A stretch of 64,000 nucleotides of DNA, taken from positions 62,001 to 126,000 of the forward strand of contig LSRY02000068.1 in the NCBI GenBank assembly GCA_001643675.2. The letters are read 5' to 3'. Both the position numbers and the translations under genes were made by a program. Below the pieces are notes generated by a model. The model did no database searches. It saw only the letters and a list, made by a program, of their open reading frames with translations, and was not told the DNA's origin. The stretch comes from Monocercomonoides exilis PA203 (taxonomy: Eukaryota > Protista > Preaxostyla). Of the stretch, positions 1 through 12,700 are shown piece by piece. Every line of letters begins with the position of its first letter. Position 1 is the stretch's first letter.

Positions 1-3000
1 TTCTTTTCCATTTTGGCTGCTTTCTTCGATAAAACTCTCCTTCTCTTCGCTCTCCTCTTCGTCCGTTCCTCTTCTGTCAATTTGCCTCAAGTATTCTTTC
101 AGTGGAACATTCCTTTTCCTCCTTTTTCCTGCTCCCTTCCCGCCCTGTTGAATGCCCACTGTAATCTTCTCTTTCCTTCCCAGCGTCGATTCTCTCCCAG
201 CAACCGCCACAAGTGTTCTGATGTAATGCAGTTTGAACTCATCAGCACTTAATCCTTTGCCCATCGGCTCAATGCTCTTCGCCTTCATTTTGTCCCATCG
301 ATCAAAGGCTTCTTCAGCAGTCGACGGAAGCACACTTTCTGTTGCACTCTTTCCATCTGGTGAATTGGTAGATTGCATGTTGCGCGCTGAAAACGAAGCA
401 GATGGAGATGAAGACGCAGACGCAGATGCAGAAGAAGATTCGGAGTGGGTTTGCTGATTTGTTTCTGTCTGATTTTCTTCCAGTTGCTTCTTCATCTGCT
501 CGATCACATCCAAGTACACTTTCTCCTCAATATGCTTAGCGACCTTGATACCCTTGATTGTAGGCACCGGAATATGCACCAGAGAAAAGAAGCTGTAGAA
601 TGCGGTGGATGGGAACTGCATCTGCCCAAAAAGAGGGAAAGAAGTGTCCGTCTTCGCAATCCCGCCATGTGATGTCTGACGCAACGCATGCAACTCCATT
701 TGAGACAAGTCGATTCGGCCAATTCGCATTCGCATGTCGCACTCGTCGAACACAAGCAGCACGTAGCTCGGAGCAATGTCCACAGGAAAATATGAGTTTG
801 GATGTGCTTGTGGGTCATCAAAGATCGGAGAATGCGCAATGAGAGAGATCGAGTTGGGGTTGTTGCTGCGAGGCAGTTGCCCAGTGGAATATGCTGCATT
901 TTTTGGAGATGAGAATGCATTCACACCTTCTGCACCAATTGAAAGAGGATCATTTGCATTCAACTGTTTTTCTGATGTTGACGAAGAAGGCAGGAAGTCA
1001 GCAAAGAGAGGGTGCATTTTGTCGTGTGGCGCTGTGAAAAACCTCAGCGAGTGACGAGCATCGCCGTCAGAGCTGATCTTTCCTTTCTGATTGATGTCTG
1101 AGTTCAGCCTTTCCCTCGCCCTTCGATACCACTGCCGTATCATCAGCTGCGAAGTGAGTATCTCGTCAGTCAGCCACGGCGGAAACGCGTCGCAGAAGAA
1201 AGAGGAGGACGAGTAGCAGTTCGACGCCACAGACAGCTCCTTCGGCAGTCGGCAGAGCGGGCGATAGTCTCTTGGAAAGCCCCTGTGGCGGTCGATGAAC
1301 CAGTCGTGGGAGATGTCTGTCATCGGAACACCGCTGAAGTCTGTGCGTGGCGCTCGGCGCGAAAAGCTTTGGCGGAGATGCGAAGTGAAAGGATTCAGCG
1401 GGCGACGTGCAGAGTCGACAGACAAATCTCTCTCGCTGCTTTGAGACATTCTTGGCTTATTGTTATGAAATTGGTTCGATTGGCTTGCATTATTTCTGTT
1501 GCAATTGCAGTTCGTATTGTTTGTGTTTGTTTCACCTTTCCCCACCTCACCTTTCTCTTCGCGCCTCCATTCTCTTTTCATCCTCTTCATATACGCCATC
1601 ACAATCTCTCTAAATGGAAGCCAAATTGTGTGTCTTCGCTGTGCAATTGGTGCGAGGTCGATTCCTAGTCCGCCCAGACGGTTGAACGGCGAAGGCTCTT
1701 TCGAATTGCCCTGCCCTCCTTCCAGACTCAGCAGCCTCACTTTCTCAGCTGCTGCTGCTTCCATCTCTATCCGCTCTCTCTCTTTCTCCTTCTTCGCATA
1801 CATAAAGTGCTGCTCCTTTGTGAGAGCAGAATGTACCACAAGTGCCGGCGCTGAGCTCTGCACGTGCCTTCCTCCACTCACCCAATAGTGTGGATGGGCG
1901 TCCAGATCCCAATCGCCTTGAGGCTTCGAATTCATAACAGACTTAAACAACACGTACTCACGGCATAGCACCACCACTGCATGCAGCTCAGGAACATATG
2001 TCAGTCCTGATGGAACTGATGGCACATCTTTTGTCTGCCTGCACACAGACATCCGCTTGTCGATCGTGCCAAAGATCAGAAAGCGATCAACATAGCCAAT
2101 CCACGCAAGTGTCGGGTGCAGTGTTTGCAAAGGCTTGTCAGCTGATCCGATGGTCGTTGTGATGTCTGTGTCTTTTGTGAGCGACTGTTTCAGCCTGCTT
2201 TGCTCGTTCTTGTTCTCAGTCGCACTCTGCTCATGCTCGTATTCCTTCCCTGTGTCCATCCCTTCGTAATCCTGTGCCTCATACATTTGCTCCCTCTGCA
2301 AGGATGCTAAAGATGCCTTTTCAACAGCCAGCTTGCGCTGCATGCTGAGCTCCAGTTCTCTCTCGTACTCGCTCTGTGGCGAGTCGTCGAGAGAGACACG
2401 CATCTGCACAACGCTGTGGAGAGGCCCCACATACGACAGAGGGATCCACATAAGCTGTTTGGAGGTGCTGTTCCAGGAGAGGCGGGCAGTGTGGTCGTTG
2501 TAGAGGATGGCAGATGTGCCATCGTCCATCAGATTCACAGCGGCTCTTCCCATCGAAACGAATGTGGCTGTTGGAGGTGGTGGAAGATACTCAACAAGCT
2601 GCTCAAAGGGATCGATGAGACAATAAGGAAGAGACGAGAACACAGGAAGTCCTGAGCTTTGTGCGGAATTGAAAGGCGAGGAATACCAAGATGAGGTTGA
2701 AAGTGGAGAAGAAGGGAGAGAAGCGAATGAGTCAATAGAAGCAGAAGAGGCAGAGTCAGAACTTGGCGAGTTTGAAGAGCAGTTTGGTGCACCGCACAGA
2801 GAAGACGGTTGGCTAAGCGAGGGAGAGCTTGGAGGAGTGGCTTCGAGGCTATTGAACGAAATGGAAGGGCGGCTGATTTGGCTGAGCTGAGGCTCCATAG
2901 AGATTGAAAATGTGGATGGAGGGATGTCAAGAATGAGCGAGAGGGGAATGATGCTGCAGGCAACCTGGCCGCACTTGCATCCAACCAGCAGGACAGCTCC

Positions 3001-6000
3001 TTCCGCCTCGTCGTACACAAACTTCGCGTTGTTTTCGACACTCGCTTCATTCACTTTCGTGCTGAATTTGTCCCTCTGCTCTTCTGAATGAGCACCGAAC
3101 CGCGCAGCTGCTACAAATGGATTGTAAAACTGCTCTTTTCCAGCAAAATGCTTTGCCCTTTCTTTGAAATCATCTGCAGTTTTTTCATTTGGAGAATCGC
3201 ATGGAGTTGCATCTGCCTGTTTCTGGGGCTTCTTTTCAGCTGATTGTTCTGCTTCGCTTGATGAAAGTGACTCAAAAGTCGTCTTGTCAATTGGAAGCTG
3301 TTGTTGCGGTGTTTGTGCACCACTCATCGAAGCAGGTGATTCTGTTGTGCTTTTCGCTGTCTTTTGGGGAGCATCGTCTTTCCAGTTAACTCGCACCTGT
3401 CTGTTGAATGTGGTGAGGATGAGTGACTGCGGAGGATACTGCAGAGGAAGGAAGAACAAGCTGATGAGCGAGAGACCAGCAGACGAGCGATAAGACGCGG
3501 AGTTTGGAGAAGAAGAGGAGAAAGGAGATGAATGGGAACTGTGGTGCGATGTGTGGTGGAAGGCAGAGTTGGACGAGGTGGCTAAGCGAGATGGTGAAGC
3601 AGAGGGGGGGCTGGAGTGCTGCTGGGATGACCAAGGCAGGTTCTCAATGAACAGAGAAGAGCCTGGTGATACTTCAATGAAATGACGCTCCGGTTGAAAT
3701 GACGAGGCTGGTGGGGGTGGAAGAACAGTGTCTTGGACAGAGCGGTTGGCTAGCGTTGGCATGTAATAATCTGGAAAATACAATATACATTAATCAAATT
3801 TGAGCATAATAAGGATTTAAAATAATATATGTATTCAAAAATACAAATGTGTATGCATATTCAGTAATTTATCAGATATAAAAATAGAAACATTTAATAA
3901 TTTAATAAAAAACAAGATGCAAAGAACACACTCCAATACTTCTCCTTAATGTCTTCATAATGATCCACCAAGTTCTTCTGCTCGATGCGAAATGCATAAA
4001 CAGCAGGCGGATTGCGGCATCCGACAAGCAGAAAAGACCTGCCACAGATTGTCGCAGCTGACAGCGCTGTCACCACAGATGGGAAGCAAAGTGTGGCCAC
4101 GTGTGACAAGCAGGGTTTCACATACGTGCGATATGTGGATGAGTGTGGGTGCTTTGTGCCATTTGTACCACATTCTTCTTCTTCTTCCTCCAACTCCTTC
4201 ACAGACGACGACAGCTGGTGCTGCGTCTGCTTCCTCTTCTTTCCATTTGCATGTCCATCCTCTGCATGCCTCTTCCCATGTGCAGCTGCAGACGGCTTTG
4301 GCGACTCCTTCCTTCTGCCTGGCTTCCACATCAGCACAAACACCACTGCCATGAACGAGCAGGCGATCAGGTTGTCTGTCACACACGCCAGCCCCATCTC
4401 CAGCGTTCCCACTTGAGAGGCTGGGATCTGCTGCCTCGACACGATCGCCCTCAGCTGCTGCTCGCTAAACACATATGGAGGTGTCCACCGCTGCGTCTCC
4501 GCTGGCTCTGGGAAATATGCCTCAGGCATCAGAACAGGCAGTCCTTCTTGGCTGTTTGGAGAGCTAAACGTGGGAGAGTAGAAATCACCCGAGGTTGAAT
4601 AAGAGAGCGGGCTTTGTCTTGCAGACTGACTGCCCAGATATGCCTGCTGGCTCTGATGTGCTGGCTGTGAGGCCTGGAGATATCGAATAGTCGGCACCAC
4701 CCGCACTTCATTCGTCGTCACCTGTACAAATGCCCCCTGCGCACCAGCAAAGGCAAGCGTCTTGCGTGTTGGGTCGATGCCGATGGAGGAAGGGTCAATC
4801 GGATCGACGCTGTCTGCATGCAAAGAGAACACAATGGTGGCATATGCACGTGCAGAGGCTGGCTGTGACTGCACCACTTCTTCCATCTGTGTGGCTCCTC
4901 GTTTCTGCCCCATGCGGTCTGATGGCTGCTGAAGCTGTTGTTGTTGTTGCTGCTGCTGTGAAGAAGAAGAAGATGATGGGGGCAAAGGCGGAGTGAGCAG
5001 CTGATGCACAATCAGCAGCAGTGACTGAACAGGAGAGCCTGCATACATCTTGGCTGAGAACATCATCGGAAGCCGCTCGAAGAACTGCCCTTTGATCAGC
5101 TGCTGCAGTTTGTGTCCGACGGTGAGTATCTGAATGGCCCCTGTACGTCCAAATCCGCAGGAGAGGGCGACACGGTCTTCCTGTGCGTGATGCGGCATGA
5201 AGCGCGAGGCAGTCTGGCCAGGCAGTGCGACGACAGACGTGATGAAGAGCGGGTTCATAGAGAACTCTTCGCTGTTTGGGATGTCCAGAAACTTGCCTGT
5301 GTCCAAGTTGATTAGGAGAGGGTCGTTGTGTGAGGAGGAGACGAAGAGAAGAGATGTGCCACGGCGCACAACAGGAATGAATGTGGGTGGGCAATTGGTG
5401 GGAGGAGTGGTGGATATGGAGAGAGGGGAAGGAGAAGAAGAATCACCTGCGGATGCAGAAGAAGAAGGAGATGATGATGATGATGGTGGTGGTGGTGGTT
5501 GATTCATCTGCATTGCTTGTGAAGGTGTCTGAGTCGAAGCATCTTCTCCTCCATGCTCATTCTCCGCTGCATTTGTCGAGAATGCTGCTTTCGTCTCTTC
5601 CACTTGCAAACCTTCCCATCGTGTCCCGTTCGATATCATCAGCCCCGTCAGCCACCGATACGGAAAATGCTGCCGTTGCACTTTCCCTCCAATCACACAC
5701 ATCAAATCTTTTCCTCCCCCAACGAATATCTTTGTGATATTTCCTGTGTATTTGTGCTTGTGCTTGTGGTGCTTGTGTTGTGTGTTTTCATTCACCGTCT
5801 GCTCATATGACAGTCCTGGTGCGATGAGGCAGCAGAGCGGCGGATCCACAAGCGACGTGGGAAAGCGCAGAGTGACTGAAAACGAGAAGGACAGGTACAA
5901 AGTGATGGAGTGCGAGCAGAAGAGGACAAAGGGAACAAATGGAAGTACTATACGGCCTGTGACTTCAGGTGCAAGCGTCTCAGCGCTGTGTGAGAGAAGA

Positions 6001-6672
6001 GAGGAGTCTGAGAGAAACCCTGGGAAGGCAAACTGGAAGTCTGGATTTTGCACTTGTGGCAGTGGCAATGCAGACAAATCGCCTATGTTTTGTGGCAGAG
6101 AAGAAGGAAAAGTGCAACGAAAGCTGTTTTTAGCAGCCGTCACGAACTGAGTGAAGGAAGCAGACTGTATTTGAGGGGCGATCTGTTCGAGGTAGTTTTC
6201 GAAGTGGAGGAAGAACGATTCGCCTTTGTGCTTTGTGGCAGCAATGCCGCGGGAGATGTGTTTCGCAAAGGGAGCGTCGGGAAAGTCGTTGCACTGCACA
6301 AGCTGAGCCAGCTGGTTCAGCGACGGCACAGTCGACAGACGAGACGAGTGAGACGTGGAGGAAGTGAGGGAAGAGGCCGAGTTGACTGAAAAGGTGGGCG
6401 AATACTGCGCGTCGAGTGGAGTTGAGCTCTGCACGCTTTTCTTTGCAGAGTGCACAGAAGAGCAGGTCGAGTCAGCGTCGGCTTGCCTCAAATCTGATCG
6501 GCTTGTGCGGCCTTTTGCGATTCCACTGACAGAATTGTCGACTTCTGTGTTAGTCTCTGTCTCGTCTATCTCTGCGTGTGATGCCTGTTCTAAGATCTTG
6601 GCATCGATTTCTTCTTCCACTTCTTCTTCATTCTCTTCTTCTTCTTCCTCTTCCTCTTCCTCTTCTTCCTCG

Positions 6673-6704
<32 letters not shown>

Positions 6705-7224
6705 ATTCTCTTCTCCTTCCTCATCCTTTTCATCGCTTCCTTCAGCATCCACATCTCTTGTCTTGCTCCTCCCCTTCTTCCTCATTCTCCTTTTCCCTTC
6801 GCTTTCTGTCTCTTCATCATAATCATCGCTGTCATTCGAGTCCTCTTCGATGATCTTCCTCTGATTGTCAACAGAAATGATGCACCTCACCGCCTTCTTC
6901 ACAACTTGATCTGTTCTGCCATCAAAAAACCTCTTCTGCACAGGTTGCGCGCCGAGCAAAGCAGACTCGACGTCTTCTGTGCTTCTGAGGGCAATCACAC
7001 GGGAAGTGGAGAGAGGGAGAGAGAGGAGGCAGAACGAGGTGAAGATGACAGACTGGGTGTGGAAGTTGAAGACGAGGGAGAGGAGAGAGATGGAAGAGGA
7101 GGTGTCGCAGAGGACAAGCGCAGACACGCAGTCTTCAGCGGTGTGTGTGGTGTGGTTGTCTGACTGGTAGAAGAAGGTGGAAGGGAGCGGGCTGATGAAA
7201 GAAGGAGAGGAGGAAGAAGAAGAA

Positions 7225-7259
<35 letters not shown>

Positions 7260-9156
7260 AGAGGAGGAGGAGGAGGAGGAGGAAGAGGAGAAAGAAGAGG
7301 AAGGAGAAGGAGGAGAGAAAGAGCAGGAGGAAGGAGAGGAAGGCTGAAGGGCGCCGTATGAAGAAGAAGAAGAAGAGCGAGAAACGACTTCGAAGTGGAA
7401 CGGAGGCAGCGGCGGGTCAGCAGAAAGAGAAGGGAGAAAAGCAGGTTGAGGCTGAGGCACAGCAGCGTGGAAGGAAGGAGGGAAAGAAGGGAAGAGAGGG
7501 AGAATGGCAGACGAAGTGAAGGACAAGTGGCGGATGCGAGTGATGAACGAGTAGATTGAAATGAAGGGATTGAAATTGGCATTGGAAGAGGGAGAGGAAG
7601 AGGAAGAGGAAGGGGAAGAGGAAGAGGAAGATGTTGATGATGAGGTAGTAGTGCTTGTCGATGAAGACGATGAAGAAGACGTTGAATTAGATGTTTCTGA
7701 TGAATGCTGTTGAGATGATGTTTCGTTTGAAGAGGAAGAGGAAGAAGAAGGAAGCTTTGCTAATTTTGGGTTGTCGAAAAACACAAATGTTTTGGCAGTT
7801 GCTAACGGAATTCTTGTGATGGCACAGTTTCTTTGCTTTTTTCCTTTGGTTTTATCGAAATCATCTTTCAAATCGTCTTTTTGCACATTCTTCCCTTCTC
7901 CCCCTTTTATGTCTTCTTTCTCTTCTTCTCCTTCTTCTTCCATCATTTCTCTCTCTTCCTCCTTCTCCAGCTCCTTCTCCCTCATCTTCTCCTGCAGCCA
8001 CAGCGGGTGTCCCTCAGGATACAGCCCCTTTCTGTGCATCCGGTTGAACGGCGAAGCGTTGAACATGTGAAACGGCGCAGTCAGTGCAACATCACTCTGC
8101 CTCAGTCCCCACTCGTACTCCAGCCCATTCGCCAACTCCAATCGGACTCCTCTTCCTTCCAGCCCGAGAAATGCGCCGATGTCGCTCAGCCCGCGGCGCT
8201 TGTGCTCCTTCACGTGGCTCAGCACAGAGGCGTCGGGCCCGTCGTAGCAGATCCCCACAAAGATCGACTCGTCCACGGCGCATATCGCCCGGAACGAGAT
8301 GCGAGGGATGTACAGCGGGGCAGGCGCGCAGGAAGGGGTGGTGGAAGATGCTGGAGAAGAAGAAGAAGAAGAAGAAGAAGGTGCCGCGTTGTCTTGGAGC
8401 TCGTTCTTGTCTTCTTTTTCGGGAATGCTGAAAAACAACGGTGATGAATCCACATATACTGGAACAATTGAAATGGCCCATTGAAATGTCTTTTTAGGTA
8501 ATTTTATTTATAAAAAAGTCAAAAAGTCAAAAAAAAAAAAAAATAAAAATAAAAATGAAAGAAACAATATTCGAATTTCAAATTTTAATTCAGAAACATC
8601 AAACAGGATCAAGTCTAAAACGTCTTGGCTCAACAGGATTGAGCATATTGATAACGGCATCTAAGAAAGACCCACTTGCTAATGGGAAAAATTTGTCTTT
8701 CAGCCATTGAACGTACATCCATTCTCCATGATTTGTTACAATTAATAGGCAATCCAAACTTTCAAATCGATAGAGAAACGGTTTGAAACCAATAAAAAAA
8801 AGAGAGAAAGAGAGTACCTGTGAGGTTGAGGAGAAACTATCACTTGATATATTGGGCGAAATACATTCATATGATCAATGAACACAAAAGTATCATCATT
8901 TAAATCATAATTGAAAATACTCAAATGAGATGCCTAATTGTTTTTAAAAATTAAAAAAAAAAAAAAATATCAAGTGTAAAGAATTGATGTATGCTGTATA
9001 AAATGTCTAATATTAAACTTTTGAGACTATAATCGTTTCTATGCTTTGATCAAAAAACCTTCCACATGTCATTGAAGATATTTCTGTCGGAAGCGACAAC
9101 GTTTCAAAAAAAAAGCAATCCTTCTTTTCGTCCAATTTTTTATTTTTAAGCTCCAT
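1..9156 (-). CDS. DDB1/SF3B3/CPSF160-family triple beta-propeller protein with large low-complexity insertions; 3' end runs off the window
   Basis: Hand-spliced exons 9156-9019, 8933-8818, 8758-8605, 8489-3932 and 3770-<1, with GT-AG introns in consistent phase. The N-terminus ETLSLPTEISSMTCGRFFDQSIETIIVSKASHLSIF...HMNVFRPIYQV...SLDCLLIVT...RLDP and later segments LSCGFGRTGAIQIL, TLAFA...FVQVTTNEVRVV and FLIFGTID resemble the DDB1/SF3B3 propellers. Confidence 0.75.
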
Positions 9157-9703
9157 TTTCTAAAAATTTAGCGCGTTAAAATAATTTTTTCAAGTTAAAA
9201 TTCCACAATCATTAAAACAAAAAAATTAATAATATTATCACTTCATACGAATTATCAATAAAATAAATCGTTAATGTGTCAAATCTTCGTTTATTTAAAC
9301 AAATATCTTAGAAAAGTAAAGACAAATAAATATATTTTAAAGAACAGTAATTGTGTATGGGATATTTGTACACATTTTTTATTTTCAAGAAAAAGAAGTT
9401 TATTAAACATTATCAACTTAATCATTTTGTAATTAATTTCAATTAAAAATAAAAAATAAAATTAAAATAAAAAAAAATTAAATATTAAAAAACAAAAATA
9501 AAAATAAAAAAATACTGAAAGAGTTAATCAATTAATATTTGCTCTGATATTAATACACGCTCGAGAGGCAATTCAATTAATCCATTTTCAATGAAGTGAG
9601 CAGTTTATGAAAAACAATAATGGGAAACTGTAGAAAAAAGCACCCACATTATTAAATAATCTACAGTAAAAAATCAAAGAATTCTTGTTATCGTTGTTGC
9701 AAG

Positions 9704-12700
9704 ATGAAAATGCTGTTTGGAAGAGGAGTGTTTGTTTTCGGGGTTTGCTTGCATTGCATGAATCTTGCTGCCACAAAAGAGTACTCAACGTTGATTGGAG
9801 AAAACATGAAAGAAGAAAAAATGACTGAAGCGAACAACAATCCACTTCAAATCAACAAAAACACTCCAAATGATGTTCTGAATGAATTTGCAATGGATGG
9901 TATTGAAAAAATTGATGAAGTGAAAAGGAGTGAAACAGTTGGAAGAGATGATCAAAAACAAAAAGGCAAAAACGAAGAAACAGAAAATGAAGGGGAAATG
10001 GAGAAGAAGTCAAATATTAACAAGGAAAGTGAAATTGAGTGTTGCATGAAATCCTCCAATTCCTCGATTGTGCTGAAGTGCTTGTTGTTGAAAGAAAAAG
10101 GTGCGAAACGGATGCTAATTGCCAAAGGAGGAAGCGTTGTTTCAATGAGAGAATGCATCCTTTTTGTTGGGCAGCATTCCCAGCCAATTGAACTAGAAGG
10201 GAGTTTTGGGTCATTTGCGAACATTTCTCTGATGCCAAATGCAGAAGGATTGAGCGCATTTCCTCCTCTTTTCACTTCCAAACAAACCGAAAACAGTGTT
10301 TCGAAATCTTCCATTATTTCCTTAAGTGAATCCCACTTCTCCTCTTTTTGCCTCTCATCAGCCCCATTCCTCTCATCACCTTCAATACCCCTTGTATCCC
10401 TCTCTCATCTGACATTTTTCAACATTTCAACAGCAAATGATGCATGCTCATCTCCAACGATTGCATCATTCCAAACCTCATGTCTGATGAGCAGTTGCTC
10501 ATTTTGGTCTGTTTGCGATGCATATGATGGCGGAATTGTTCATTCACTCAACAACCCCTCGACCTCTTTGGCTGTTTCAAACTCCTCATTTATTGGATGT
10601 TGTCGAACAAAAAATGTTGAATGCGAAGGAACTGCAGAAGCACCATTGAAGCTGGGGAGACAAAGCGAAACAACTAATGGAGCTAATTCATTCAAATGGT
10701 GTGAATGGAACGGATCGAAAACAACAGGAACGAATGACGTGTGGACTGATGGAACTTCGAATGGTGGGGCCATTTGCATGTTCTGTCAGTCATCAGCCAC
10801 TGTTTCAATTAAACACTGCACTTTCAACTGTTGCAGTGCACGTTTTGATGGAGGAGGAGTCATGTGTGTTCAAATCAAATCGGTTGAAATTGAAAATAAC
10901 TCATTCAACTCATGCTCAGCACAAGCTAACGCTGGAGGAGGGATGTGCATTGTTTCGATTTCATCATGTGTTCAGGTCAGCAAGAGCAAATTCGAGAATT
11001 GTCGAGTTAATAATGGTGGAGGTGGCTTATATCTGAGCGGTTTCAAGTCATTAGAAGCAGGCTGCATAGGAGAAGAAAACAATGGAGGAGAGAATGCGTG
11101 TGTGTTTGACTGCAGTTTCACTTCATGTTCAGTTACAGGATCAAACGGAGGAGGAATGCTCTGCCAAAGTTTTCCTGTAGGGTTTAAAATGAGAAGCGTT
11201 AAGTTCATTTCGTGTACAGCAACTGCATATGGAGGAGGATTATATTTTAATCCAAATCGAGCAACAACACCAAATGAAACAATGTATTGTTATTTCCTGT
11301 TGTTTCATGAATGCAAATGCAGAACTGAGTCCAATCCATATGGTCACGACATGGTTTATGCGGATTATAACAATGATTTTTTGAGTTCCAAAAATCCGTT
11401 ATATGATTGTTACACTACAAACAAGGATGACAAGAGAGTATGTTACGGATATAATTATGTGAATGCAGGTGACTGGACATATGATCAAACATCAAAAAAG
11501 GATTGGCTGAAAGATAAGACGATTTATGTTTCAGTGAGCGGGAATGACTTGTATGAGCCGTGTGGGGCAAATGAATCAAATCCGTGTCTGACAGTGAAGA
11601 AGGCGTTTGATATGTGTGAGGTGCAGATTAGCTTGATAATCACGCTGCTGGAAGGAGATCATCAAAGTGAGACGACAACAGTTGAGATTGGAACAAAAAA
11701 GATTTCAGTCATTGGGAAGGGAAGGGAAACATGTTCGATTAGAACTGGAGCACTTTCATCAAGTGGACCGCTGTTCAGCGTGTCAACAGGTCATCTTGGT
11801 TTATTGCACATGAAGGTTGATTGCTACTCAAATGCAAATCCTTCTCCGAGCGTGGTTGTGATATCTGATGGGAGTGGGTCACTTTCATTGGAGGATGTTG
11901 TGATCACTACGAGTGAAACAGGAGAATATGTGCTATCATCATCAGTGTTTGTGGTGCCGCTGTCGCAGATGAGGATGGTTGATGTGGAGATCATAAATAT
12001 GAATATCTCAAAATCCTTGTTCTCTGAGCCGAATCTATCTTCTTCTTTATTGTCTTCATCTGCACTGTTTTTGACAGCCACTGCTTCTGGAGAAAGCATG
12101 CTGACGAATGTGTCTGTGAGGAATGTGAAGTTGACCGAAGGAGATGGGGTGGTTGTGGCAAAGAGTGTGAAGGAAGGAGAAACATTTGTGGTGACGAACA
12201 TAACAATTGAAGATTGCGAGTGCAAGAATGGAAGTGGTGATGGGATCAAGGTTGATTTATTATCACCTTCAAGCAAGTTTCAGATGGAAACAACAACAAC
12301 AATCAACAAATGCAAGTGCAGTGGATATGGAGGAGGGATGATGCTGTATCTGGCTGATGGCTCACACGACTTCTCAATAAAATCCGTTAGCTTTTCAGGA
12401 TGTTCTGCTTCAATGGGAGGAAATTATCTGTTTGTGAATGGGAGCGATTCGGCAAACTGGGGAATAACAACAGAAAAGCTGAATGTCCAGCATGACAATT
12501 CAAAATACAATGAGATTGTGGGATATGATCGGAGCGACACAATTATGGGGCTGTTTCCTTTGAATGTGTTTCTTGACACATATTCGGATGCAGTTCATGT
12601 GGAGAAGGGGAAGGATGGGCTGGGTGGATACGACTCGTGGTTTTGTGGGTTTGATTATTATCCATGTGCCACCATCACCCATGCTGCCCAGATGAGATAT

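Noticed and set aside
13-3634. Short ORFs listed in the track for the first 3.6 kb
   Set aside because: Better explained by one long minus-strand exon (3770 to <1) of the propeller gene, which the track omits because it has no stop within the window.
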